Assembly (NCBI GenBank): GCA_052386435.1
Contig: JBQTKE010000549.1
Span: forward strand, 1 to 40,263
Source of the DNA: Myxococcaceae bacterium
GTDB taxonomy: Bacteria; Myxococcota; Myxococcia; Myxococcales; Myxococcaceae
Direction: 5' to 3'
DNA length: 40,263 nucleotides
Numbering within the stretch: the stretch's first letter is position 1; every line of letters begins with the position of its first letter. The notes under the pieces were generated by a model. The model had not been told where the DNA came from. It made no database searches and was given only the letters and a program-made list of their open reading frames with translations. This document shows positions 25,802-34,086 of the stretch, one piece after another. The position numbers and the translations under genes were made by a program.

Positions 25802-26947
25802 TTGGCTAGAAAGCTGCGGGTGAAGGCGAATCCTCTCCAGCCGAAGTTGCCGGATCTCCCGGTACGTCCTGTGGAGGAGATGGGCCTCAAGGAGCTGGAG
25901 CGCGTTCGGCTCATTCTGCGCGGCGGCTCGGTGATCGAGTGGCGGCGTCTGCATTTCGCCTCGCACGACGAGGTCGATCGTTTCCTGAAGCTTTGTCAGA
26001 TCGATCCCGCTCAGCCGCATGACGACGCCTGGGCGAGGTTCGTGCTCGCGGAAGCGGTCGAGTACCTGCGGCGGACTTTCAACTACCGTGTCGCTGACGC
26101 GATTGCGCAACCGGAGTCTATTCACGATCTCTTCCTCTTCGCCTCCGGCGTGAAGGAGCCGAAGCGGCTGCGCAAGATCGCCTGCATCGTCCTCAAGGTG
26201 ATGCATGTGATTCAGCACATCGAAGGGCGCGACCTGCTCTTCAAGCTCGCGGTCTCAGAGTCCGAGCTGGCCCAGCTGGTCACCGAAAAGGTCCTGATGG
26301 TCGCGCACGAGATGCTCGAGAAGGGGCTGTCTGTCGTCGAGTTCCACGACTCGATCAAGACGCGCGAGTCCGTCGTCACCAAGCTGCTCGCCAAGCGTGA
26401 GACCGTCGCCGCGCAGATCTACGACAAGACGCGCTTTCGGATTGTCACCAAGACGCGCGAGGACGTGCTGCCGGTCCTCTACTTCCTCACCCAGCGCCTC
26501 TTTCCGTTCAACTTCGTGGTGCCGAAGCAGACGGAGAACTCGCTCATCGCGTTCAAGGATCTGCTCAAGCAGTACCCGAACTTCGAGAAGCACGCGGAGG
26601 ATTTGCACCTCGACCTCGACTACGAAGATCGGCAGCGCCACATGGGGAACCGTTTCTCTGGCCGTGGCTACAAGGTGCTCAACTTCATCGTCGACTTGCC
26701 GATTCGACTGGATCCCTATTTGCCGAAACCCGCCAACGACGCGCGCCCGCGGAAAGGTCGCATTGGATTCGCGCTGGTTGAATTTCAGATCGTCGACGAG
26801 GCGACCGCGAAGGAGAACGAGCTCGGCGACAACTCGCACGAGCTCTACAAGCTGCGACAGAAGCAGCGCGTGTTGCGGCGGCTCGCTCGCGGGCTGGTGG
26901 TGCCGAGGGGTCGCCCGAAGGCCGTGAAGAAGCCGCGCAAGCAGTAG
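25802..26947 (+). CDS. Conserved hypothetical protein with a divergent RelA/SpoT-like nucleotidyltransferase signature
   Basis: Motif order parallels small alarmone synthetases: SIKTRESVVTKLLAKR (compare RxKxxxS), IYDKTRFRIVT (compare DxxGxRI), GRGYKVLNFIVDLP (compare GYxSxH), VEFQIVDEATA...HELYK (compare ExQxRT...HxxYK). The start is uncertain: TTG at 25802, GTG at 25871 or ATG at 25880. Confidence 0.5.
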   Translation: MARKLRVKANPLQPKLPDLPVRPVEEMGLKELERVRLILRGGSVIEWRRLHFASHDEVDRFLKLCQIDPAQPHDDAWARFVLAEAVEYLRRTFNYRVADAIAQPESIHDLFLFASGVKEPKRLRKIACIVLKVMHVIQHIEGRDLLFKLAVSESELAQLVTEKVLMVAHEMLEKGLSVVEFHDSIKTRESVVTKLLAKRETVAAQIYDKTRFRIVTKTREDVLPVLYFLTQRLFPFNFVVPKQTENSLIAFKDLLKQYPNFEKHAEDLHLDLDYEDRQRHMGNRFSGRGYKVLNFIVDLPIRLDPYLPKPANDARPRKGRIGFALVEFQIVDEATAKENELGDNSHELYKLRQKQRVLRRLARGLVVPRGRPKAVKKPRKQ

Positions 26948-27151
26948 CGCGCGAAAGCCGAACCTTTTGGTGCGCCCAAGGAACCACGTGCTTGCCCAGC
27001 GGGGAGGCGGTTATCACGGCCCCCGCGACCTTTCCGCGTTTTGTTTCAATCTTTGTGACGAAATGCGGAAAGGTATGTTGGACGAACGCGGTTGAGGGTG
27101 CGCCCGTGGAAGCGAGAATCGCCCCCAAGTCATCAGCTGCCGCGGGGAGGA

Positions 27152-28795
27152 CTACTTGCGCTTGCGGTTCTTCTTCTTCGCCTGCCGCTCCCGCTTGCGG
27201 CGCTCTTTGATCGCATCGCGCTCGCGGTCGCTCTTCGCGCTGCCCTGGGGCGACGTCGAGTAGCCCATGAGCCGGGCCTTCGCCATCGCGTCACGTCCCA
27301 TGGGCGGGGTGTAACCGGGCGCGAGCTGCGGCATCTGCATGGGCATCCCCATACCGCCGCCCAGCGCCTGCTCCATCATCTTGGCGTCGCCACCGAAGAC
27401 CGACGACAGGTCCATGTTCTTCATTCGCGACAGCTGGCCCAGTTGTTTGAAGCCAGGGATGCGCCCGAGCAGGCCGGGGTTCTGACCAATCGACCCCATC
27501 ACCTGCTGCATCATCGTGAACTTCTGCAGCAGCTCCTGCACGTCGCTCTTCTTCCGGCCTGAGCCCTTGGCGATACGAGACGCACGCGAGTCGTCGATCA
27601 GGGTCGGCTGAAGCCGCTCCTTCTCCGTCATCGAGTCGAACATCGCTTCGATCTTGCCCAGCTCGTTCTCGTCTGGATTGAGCTGTTCGGTCATCTCTCC
27701 GAAGATGGGGAACTTCTCGAGCAGATCCTTGAGTGGGCCCATCTTCCGGACCATGCGGATCTGGTCCACGAAGTCCCGCATCGTGAACTTTCCAGAGAGC
27801 AGCTTCTTCGCGTCTTCTTCGGCTTTGTCCTCGTCGACGACCTGCTCGAAGTCCTTCATCAGACCGACGATGTCGCCGAAGCCCAAGATGCGGCCCGCGA
27901 GTCCGTCTGGGCGGAACTCCTCGAGCTTGTCCATGGACTCGCCCATGCCCAGGAACTTGATCGGCTTGCCAGTCACTTCCTTGATGGAGAGAGCCGCGCC
28001 GCCGCGCGCGTCACCGTCCAGCTTGGTGAGGATGAAGCCGTCCAGGCTCAAGCGCCGATCGAACTCCGCCGCGGTGCGCACGGAGTCCTGACCGATCATC
28101 GCGTCGCAGACGAGCAGGATGTTGTCCGGCTTCACCTCGCCCTTGATCGCTTCCAGCTCCGCCATCAGCAGATCGTCGATCGCCAAACGACCGGCGGTGT
28201 CGATCAGCACCACGTCGCATTTCTGTTCGCGAGCGGCCGCGAAGCCCTTTGCCGCCAGCTGCGGGGGAGAGGTGTTCGGCTCGAAGAAGACCGGGACGTC
28301 CAAGCGCTCGCCAAGGACCTTGAGTTGATCCACGGCGGCGGGGCGGTAGATGTCCGCGGCGACCAGCAGCGGCTTGTGGCCCAGCTTCTTGAGGTGGTTC
28401 GCCAGCTTTCCGGTCGTGGTGGTCTTACCGGAGCCCTGCAGACCCACCATCATGATCCCGGAGAGCTGCCCCTTCGGCTTGAGCTTGAGGCGGGTGTCGA
28501 CCGGCCCCATCAACTGCTCCAACTCGTCGTGACAGATTTTGACGAAGTGGTCGCCCGGCGAGACCTTGACCTTCTTGCCCGCCTTGTCCGTGACGGAGGT
28601 CTGCACCACCTCGCCGATGGCCCTCTCGCGAACGCGGGCCACGAACTTCTTAACGACGTCAAAGGCGACGTCCGCTTCCAGCAGGGAGACGCGGATGTCG
28701 CGCAGCGACTCGTCCACCATCTCCTGCGAAATTTCGGTCTTTCCGGCCAGGCGGTTCTTCGCGGCGCGGAACCCCTTGGTCACTGTCTCAAGCAT
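27152..28795 (-). CDS. ffh: Signal recognition particle protein Ffh (SRP54)
   Basis: ATG at 28795. N domain, G domain with GLQGSGKTTT, DTAGR and TKLDGDARGG, and a Met-rich M domain. The protein has a Met/Gly-rich plus strongly basic C-terminal tail ending KERRKRERQAKKKNRKRK. Confidence 0.95.
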   Translation of the reverse strand: MLETVTKGFRAAKNRLAGKTEISQEMVDESLRDIRVSLLEADVAFDVVKKFVARVRERAIGEVVQTSVTDKAGKKVKVSPGDHFVKICHDELEQLMGPVDTRLKLKPKGQLSGIMMVGLQGSGKTTTTGKLANHLKKLGHKPLLVAADIYRPAAVDQLKVLGERLDVPVFFEPNTSPPQLAAKGFAAAREQKCDVVLIDTAGRLAIDDLLMAELEAIKGEVKPDNILLVCDAMIGQDSVRTAAEFDRRLSLDGFILTKLDGDARGGAALSIKEVTGKPIKFLGMGESMDKLEEFRPDGLAGRILGFGDIVGLMKDFEQVVDEDKAEEDAKKLLSGKFTMRDFVDQIRMVRKMGPLKDLLEKFPIFGEMTEQLNPDENELGKIEAMFDSMTEKERLQPTLIDDSRASRIAKGSGRKKSDVQELLQKFTMMQQVMGSIGQNPGLLGRIPGFKQLGQLSRMKNMDLSSVFGGDAKMMEQALGGGMGMPMQMPQLAPGYTPPMGRDAMAKARLMGYSTSPQGSAKSDRERDAIKERRKRERQAKKKNRKRK

Positions 28796-28898
28796 GGGGG
28801 CGCGGTTTATACCAACGCGCCGCCTTTGGGCCATGCTTCGCCAGGAAGAACGGACTTTGCGCCCTCCGGTCTGTTCGGCGATGGTGTGGCCGGCTCAC

Positions 28899-28982
28899 GC
28901 ACGAGTGGCGGAATCGGTATACGCAGCGGACTTAAAATCCGCAGGCCTTAAGGCCGTACGGGTTCAAGTCCCGTCTCGTGCA
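28899..28982 (+). tRNA. tRNA-Leu (anticodon UAA), class II with long variable arm
   Basis: Hand-folded cloverleaf of 84 nt. Acceptor GCACGAG/CTCGTGC (7 bp) and D arm GCG/CGC. Anticodon arm GCGGA-CTTAAAA-TCCGC. Variable arm GGCC-TTAA-GGCC. T arm ACGGG-TTCAAGT-CCCGT. Discriminator A. No CCA is encoded. Confidence 0.9.
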
Positions 28983-29093
28983 TGAATTTCCCTGGGGAGT
29001 CGTGCATTTTCCTGAAGGGTGCAACCAACGCTGTGAGCTCAGCGGCTTCTTGCGTCCCCTCGCGATCTTCGTTAAGGCTGCGCCCGCATTTCT

Positions 29094-29167
<74 letters not shown>

Positions 29168-29253
29168 CTAAGTCCTGACGTCCCTATTCCGAACGTCCGT
29201 CTCTGGCGCGTAGCCCAGTCCGCTTGGGATCCGTGACTCGGGTCTATCGGGTG

Positions 29254-29853
29254 TTACTCGAGCTCCGTGAAGAACTCTCGGACCTGCGGCGTCAGCTCCG
29301 GAAGCGCGGAATGCTCGGGAAGTTTCTGACCCATCGAACATCGACTCTCGAGTTGGCTCGCTAAGACAATCACTTCGCGGGACGCAGGCAGAACGATCCA
29401 GACCAGAGATGCCCCGTGCTCGAGGTACCACCGTGCCTTCGTACGAAGATCGACCTCACCCTCATCTTGTCCGGCCACTTCGACAGCGAGGACAGGTGCG
29501 ACCCGACGAAAGCCACCGGTGTGAGCGCCCAGCTCGCTCTTTTTCCAGACCGCGACGTCGGCCGCGCGCGTTTCGCCGCCGAGCACCATTCCCGCCTCGT
29601 TCCCGCCAATCACAAAGTCTGAGTGGGCACGACTCCAGCTCTTCAACAAGTACGCCACATCCATGGTGACATCTTGTTGAACATCACCGCACGGCGGCAT
29701 GTACAGGAGCCTCCCTTCTATGAACTCCAGGCGACCGTCCAGCTGGGGCCAGGTCGTGCCATCGTCCACTTTGAACCCCGGAGGAGGATGGAGCTCCACC
29801 GGGTATCGAACCCGATAGGGCAGTCGGTATCCCTGAGCATCCTGCTGAAGCAT
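29254..29853 (-). CDS. Uma2-family (DUF820, PD-(D/E)xK-like) putative endonuclease
   Basis: Typical family pattern: EFIEGRLLYMPP, then D...GNEAG...RAADVAVW, then APVLAVEVAG and ...KARWYLEHGASLVWIV. The length of 199 aa is typical. Confidence 0.7.
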   Translation of the reverse strand: MLQQDAQGYRLPYRVRYPVELHPPPGFKVDDGTTWPQLDGRLEFIEGRLLYMPPCGDVQQDVTMDVAYLLKSWSRAHSDFVIGGNEAGMVLGGETRAADVAVWKKSELGAHTGGFRRVAPVLAVEVAGQDEGEVDLRTKARWYLEHGASLVWIVLPASREVIVLASQLESRCSMGQKLPEHSALPELTPQVREFFTELE

Positions 29854-29955
29854 GCGTCAGATGTTGTCACTGGGAACGCTGCTTGACCAGCCCGAGGGCA
29901 GCGTCCCCAAATGTCGAACGCACGGCGAACAAGATCGGCTGAGAGAATCAGGAGT

Positions 29956-32900
29956 TCAGCTGGCGTCTTCGGAGACGTTGACCGAAACGACCTGACCCGG
30001 GGCGGCCATGATCCAGTGCTGAATGGTCCGCTTGGAGGAACAACTGACGGTAAGGAGGGTCTCCCGCGCGGCGGTGATGGTCGTCTCCAACGGCGTCTTC
30101 GCGGGGAGACGCTGATTGCCCAGCTCCACCTCGCAACCTTCGGGCGAGCCAGAGACGCGCAAAGTCCCGGTCTGGTTCTCCAAGGAAGATCCGCTCGCTT
30201 CGATCAAGGCTTGGATGTTGATCTCCGTGGCGGTGTCCAGCGTCCCGTAGCGGTGCAGCTTCCCTTTGCGCGCGGTGGACACGACCAGTGGCCCGTCCTC
30301 GGTCCGGCGCAGGACCTCCGGGTTCACGCGTACGCCGGAGACGTAGAGCTGCTCACCAGCGGCGAGATTGTGCACCGCGATGTGATCGGGCGAAGCGTTA
30401 CGCAGGATGATCGCGGCGATCACCGCGGCAATCGCCCCCACGGAGATGCCGCCCACGATCGACTTCAAGTACGCGCGCCGAGTGTGTGAGCGGGCCTCTG
30501 CGGCACTGCGCGGGCGCATCCCGGGCGCGGAGGACGAGGTGCTTCCGCTGGGGCGCACGCCGGGCGCACTCAAGCTGCTTCCGCTGGGACGCACGCCGGG
30601 TGCACTCGAACTGCTGGGACGTAGACCCGGCGCGCTGACCGAGCTGCTCGCGTTGGGAGGAGCCAAGAAGGGCGGCTGCGAGCGACGGACTTGGTTCAAT
30701 TCATCCAGCCGCTTCTGTCCGGCCAAGGCGATGGGCGCCGCGGCGGCGGTGATGGGCTCGTCGGGATCTTGCTTGGGCTGACCGCTCAAGCTGCGCGAAG
30801 GGCCGGAGCGGCGCCGCGGCTCGGGCTCACGCGTGGGGACCTCGAACGGAAGGTTCAGTGCGAAGGGCGAAGGCTGACCAGGGTCACTGTGGATCGCGAC
30901 CTCCGTGTATTCGTCTTCGGGGGCCAGCGCGGCCATGCGCGGCAGACCAGGGTTGGAAAGCCGGTTCGACGGTCCGAACTCGGCAAGCGCTTCAGTCAGC
31001 TTCTCCTCGAAGAACCGCGCGACAGCGCCCGGCGAAGACTGCAGTCGGTTGCGAAGCATCGCGGCTTCGATCTCTTCGCGAAGCTGACCGGCCGTCTGAA
31101 TTCGCCGCGCGGGATTTTTCTCCAGCGCCCGCAGCACGATCGCGGAGACATCCGGAGGAATGGCGGAGTTGAGCTGGCTGGGATCTGGCGGTGGCTCGTG
31201 AACGATGGCGCGCAGCACGGCCGCTTCGCTCTCGCGCCGGAAGGGAAGGGTGCCGGTGAGCAGCTCGAAGAGCACCACGCCCAGGGAGAAGACGTCGTTG
31301 CGCGCATCGAGCGGCTGACAGGAAACCGTCTCCGGCGAGACGTACGCGATCTTCCCTTTGAACGTCCCGGGCCGGGTGTTCTCGTTCTCGCCCTGCACCT
31401 TGGCGATGCCGAAGTCGGACAGTTTGATCGCCCCGTCCAGCGACACGAGGATGTTGTGCGGGCTGATGTCGCGGTGAACGACGGGATGCGGCTTCCCCGT
31501 GGGATCCACGTAGCTGTGCGCGTAGTGCAGCCCCGCCGCGGTCTCAGCGACGATTCGCAGCGCGTGCTCGATGGGGAGTTGAATCCCCGCGCGGCGCATC
31601 ATCACCAACAGCTTCTTCACGTCCGGACCGCGCACGTACTCCATGGTGATGAACGCAAGGCCGTCCATCATTCCCACGTCGTAGGTCTGCACGATGTTCG
31701 GATGGGTGAGCCGAGCGTTGGCGCGTGCTTCCGCGAAGAGCATCTCCACGAAGTCCTGAGACTGGGCCAGGCTCTCCAGGATCTTCTTCACCACCACGTA
31801 TTTCTCGAAACCCTTGAGCCCGACTTGTCGAGCGAGGAAGACCTCCGCCATCCCGCCCTGACCCAGGCGACGCAGGATCTCCAGCTTCAGCGAGCTCCCC
31901 AACATCTGACCGGTGGCCTCTGCCCCTTGATCCGGATGGGCCTCCGCGTCCTGCGCGGCGATCCCCGCCAAGTATTGCGACAGCGCGCGCGGCTCCAACG
32001 TCTCCAGCTCGTCTTCCAGCGGCGGGTTGCGCGTGGCGTGCGCTCGCAGAAAGTCCAGCGCGTCGCGCAGCAGCGGCATGTCCGCGTTGCCGCCGCAGAT
32101 CTGACAGAGGGTGGTGAGCGCCTTGCCCTGTTCCAACTCCTGCGCATACGTACCCGCGTGAATCCTCTGGGTGGTCCGGTTGCCGCAGTTTCGACACTCA
32201 CACGGGAGCAAGAGTGTGAGCAGCCCCACCCGGTAGGTGCGTCGTGTCGCAGCCAGAGCGAGCAGCACCAACGGTGGTACCCGCCACAGGAAGGGATGCG
32301 CGCCGTCCGCCGCGGCGTCCAACACCTGCTCCAGCTTCGGAACGGCCTCCGGCTCCAGCACGGTGACGTTGCCGAAGTCGTACGCGACGCGCCCTTCAAT
32401 GCCCGCGGTGAGGCGCCGCGTGTTCAGGTCGCCCTTGAGCGCGCTGGAGACGCGAATGAAGGTGATGTCGTCCTTGATCAGCTTCACGTGCGACGTGAGC
32501 GGCGCGCTCGTGGAAGGGCGCAGCGTCTGCAGGTAATGGCTGACCGTGGAGTTGATGGGACCGTTCGACTGGTGGCGCAGATAGTCGAAGAACTCCGCCG
32601 GCTGATCCGCGAACTCCAAGTGCGACTGACAGACAGGACAGATGTGATCCGGCGCGCTGCCGTCCGCGATGTTCTGCGCGTCGACTCGGACATCGACTAC
32701 GCGCAGCCTGTCCTCGCGGCACTGACCGCAGGTGTATGGCGCCAGGACGGAGAGGACCTTCGCCACGCCGGCGAAGCCCTCCACCATGTTGAGCTGGTCC
32801 ACGACCAAAGGCGGCGCGTGGATGACGTAGAGGCCGCTGACTTGCTCCGGCAGCTTGCTGGTGAGCTCAATCCACTTGCGCACGCCGAACGAGCTGATCC

Positions 32901-33138
32901 GCTCCACGCGGCCAACATCGACGATGGTGTGGCCCACCATGTCCCGAGTGAGCAGGGCAGGGTTGAACGTCTCGTCGATAATGCCCGAGAGTTGGAGGTG
33001 CGTGACCGGACCGGCGGTCAGTCGTTGCACCACGGTATGGGAAGAGCGCCCGCTCAAACGTGTCCCCGGCTGACCAGGTACATCAGCGATTTCGGGTTTC
33101 CCGCGCGCCGGCGGTTCTCCGCCAACTCGACCGCGCAT
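29956..33138 (-). CDS. Membrane Ser/Thr (Hanks-type) protein kinase: two N-terminal STAS-like plus 4-Cys zinc-ribbon modules, kinase domain, Pro/Ser-rich linker, TM helix, extracytoplasmic PEGA-like domains
   Basis: Kinase motifs: GQGGMAEVFLARQ, VVVKKIL, HRDISPHNILV, DFGIAK, SPE. STAS-like 1: HLQLSGIIDE...VDVGRVERISSFGVRKWIEL...VIHAPPLVVDQLNMVEGF, followed by CGQC...CPVC. Module 2: FIRVSSALKGDLN...YDFGNVTVLEPEAVPKLEQVL, followed by CRNC...CQIC. TM helix: IVGGISVGAIAAVIAAIIL. C-terminus: PEGCEVELGNQRLPAKTP. The ATG at 33138 overlaps the upstream gene by 85 nt; the GTG at 33033 or 33030 are alternatives. Confidence 0.85.
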   Translation of the reverse strand: MRGRVGGEPPARGKPEIADVPGQPGTRLSGRSSHTVVQRLTAGPVTHLQLSGIIDETFNPALLTRDMVGHTIVDVGRVERISSFGVRKWIELTSKLPEQVSGLYVIHAPPLVVDQLNMVEGFAGVAKVLSVLAPYTCGQCREDRLRVVDVRVDAQNIADGSAPDHICPVCQSHLEFADQPAEFFDYLRHQSNGPINSTVSHYLQTLRPSTSAPLTSHVKLIKDDITFIRVSSALKGDLNTRRLTAGIEGRVAYDFGNVTVLEPEAVPKLEQVLDAAADGAHPFLWRVPPLVLLALAATRRTYRVGLLTLLLPCECRNCGNRTTQRIHAGTYAQELEQGKALTTLCQICGGNADMPLLRDALDFLRAHATRNPPLEDELETLEPRALSQYLAGIAAQDAEAHPDQGAEATGQMLGSSLKLEILRRLGQGGMAEVFLARQVGLKGFEKYVVVKKILESLAQSQDFVEMLFAEARANARLTHPNIVQTYDVGMMDGLAFITMEYVRGPDVKKLLVMMRRAGIQLPIEHALRIVAETAAGLHYAHSYVDPTGKPHPVVHRDISPHNILVSLDGAIKLSDFGIAKVQGENENTRPGTFKGKIAYVSPETVSCQPLDARNDVFSLGVVLFELLTGTLPFRRESEAAVLRAIVHEPPPDPSQLNSAIPPDVSAIVLRALEKNPARRIQTAGQLREEIEAAMLRNRLQSSPGAVARFFEEKLTEALAEFGPSNRLSNPGLPRMAALAPEDEYTEVAIHSDPGQPSPFALNLPFEVPTREPEPRRRSGPSRSLSGQPKQDPDEPITAAAAPIALAGQKRLDELNQVRRSQPPFLAPPNASSSVSAPGLRPSSSSAPGVRPSGSSLSAPGVRPSGSTSSSAPGMRPRSAAEARSHTRRAYLKSIVGGISVGAIAAVIAAIILRNASPDHIAVHNLAAGEQLYVSGVRVNPEVLRRTEDGPLVVSTARKGKLHRYGTLDTATEINIQALIEASGSSLENQTGTLRVSGSPEGCEVELGNQRLPAKTPLETTITAARETLLTVSCSSKRTIQHWIMAAPGQVVSVNVSEDAS
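30542..30613 (-). repeat. In-frame 36-bp tandem repeat (2 full units plus flanking degenerate copies) encoding SAPGVRPSGS-type repeats in the kinase linker
   Basis: cttccgctggggcgcacgccgggcgcactcaagctg (30542-30577) versus cttccgctgggacgcacgccgggtgcactcgaactg (30578-30613), 32/36 identical. Confidence 0.85.
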
Positions 33139-33944
33139 GTTACCTCACACTGACGCCCTGGATGCACCCGAATCGCCACCAGGTCACTGTGCTCGACAAT
33201 TCGCCGCAGGCCCAGCCCTGCGCCGCCGCCTGACACGTCCACGCGTGCCCGCTTCCCCAACCCCGCGATGGCAGAGGCGATGGGCGCGGTCCCCAGGCGA
33301 CCGAACCGGTCCAAGGCGGAGAGGAAGACGCGATCGTTCGCCACCCAGAGGCTGACCTCGCACGCGTCGTCGACGGGAATGTCGAGCTTGGCGTCTCGCT
33401 GCAGAGCGTATTTGGGCGTTCCGTCGCTGGTCACCGGGGCCACTAGAAGCGCATTGGCCGCAATCTCATGCATCACATCCGCGGCGCAAGCGGCGGCGTA
33501 ATTTCCGCCCCCCGCGGCGCGAACAGTCTGCGCGGCTTCGTGCGCCGCGGCTTGAATGCCGAAAGTCCGCCGCAGGGTCAGATGGAGCGCGGGCTGCACA
33601 GACGAAGGCGGCGCGCCCGTCAGCAAGGCGACCAGACAGGAGGTCTCCCAGACGCTGGGTAGACCGTTCTCGCGCGTCGCCAGCACCATCCCAGCGGGGG
33701 TTGTCCGAAGCACCGCCGCGTGCGCGGACTCCAAGGCTCCAGGCTCGAGGACAATCTGAATGCGGCCGTCGTTCTCCAGCCGCTCCAATCCATTCACCAG
33801 ACGCAGCGTGGCCCGCTCGGTGAAGCGCACCGTCGCGTTGGCTTCGGAGAACACCTGCGCGATCGCCTCGATGGTGCGAGGGGCGAAGGACGGGTCGAGC
33901 GACAAGTCGAGTTGAACGGGGGCGCTCACGGACTCCTGGCTCAA
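33054..33944 (-). CDS. GHKL-ATPase-like protein (RsbW/SpoIIAB-type anti-sigma/serine-kinase-like C-terminal half, unknown N-terminal half)
   Basis: N-box-like VMHEIAANALLVAP and G2-box-like GGGAGLGLRRIVEHSD, followed by VAIRVHPGRQCEVTCAVE. The start is uncertain (TTG at 33944 or GTG at 33929). It lies directly upstream of the STAS-containing kinase and probably overlaps it. Confidence 0.55.
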   Translation of the reverse strand: MSQESVSAPVQLDLSLDPSFAPRTIEAIAQVFSEANATVRFTERATLRLVNGLERLENDGRIQIVLEPGALESAHAAVLRTTPAGMVLATRENGLPSVWETSCLVALLTGAPPSSVQPALHLTLRRTFGIQAAAHEAAQTVRAAGGGNYAAACAADVMHEIAANALLVAPVTSDGTPKYALQRDAKLDIPVDDACEVSLWVANDRVFLSALDRFGRLGTAPIASAIAGLGKRARVDVSGGGAGLGLRRIVEHSDLVAIRVHPGRQCEVTCAVELAENRRRAGNPKSLMYLVSRGHV

Positions 33945-34086
33945 TGCACGAAGGTGATCTCGCTGAAGATGCTCAGCCCAAGTTGAAGCAAGCCGTAGAA
34001 CTCTGCTGGCTCAGCCTTGACTCAATACACGAATTTGATCTCGCTGAAGATGCTCAGCCCGGGTCGGGGGAAGCCGTAGGACTCTT
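33940..34086 (-). repeat. Tandem duplication (81-bp offset) of the 3' end of the TonB-dependent receptor gene
   Basis: 33940-34005 (ctcaatgcacgaaggtgatctcgctgaagatgctcagccc...gccgtagaactct) aligns with 34021-34086 (ctcaatacacgaatttgatctcgctgaagatgctcagccc...gccgtaggactct). On the minus strand the real end reads ESYGFPRPGLSIFSEIKFVY* and the remnant reads EFYGLLQLGLSIFSEITFVH*. Confidence 0.85.

Noticed and set aside
27029-27073. 9-bp inverted repeat cctttccgc/gcggaaagg in the convergent gap between the RelA/SpoT-like gene and ffh.
   Set aside because: The loop is 27 nt and AT-rich, with no adjacent T-tract. This is too weak to call a terminator or an RNA gene without folding and expression data.
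29168-29955. Genomic island integrated at tRNA-Arg.
   Set aside because: There is no integrase or excisionase, and I found no repeat of the tRNA 3' end by eye. Only a single Uma2 gene lies here. This was not searched computationally.
30691-33153. An 820-aa plus-strand ORF opposite the kinase gene. Similar cases are 24460-25710 opposite the M18 peptidase, 38039-39894 opposite phoU/pstB, and 1118-2014 and 2321-3370 opposite gltH and the following gene.
   Set aside because: The opposite strand carries unmistakable kinase, peptidase, PhoU or PstB motifs. The antisense products are Arg-rich with no recognisable domains.
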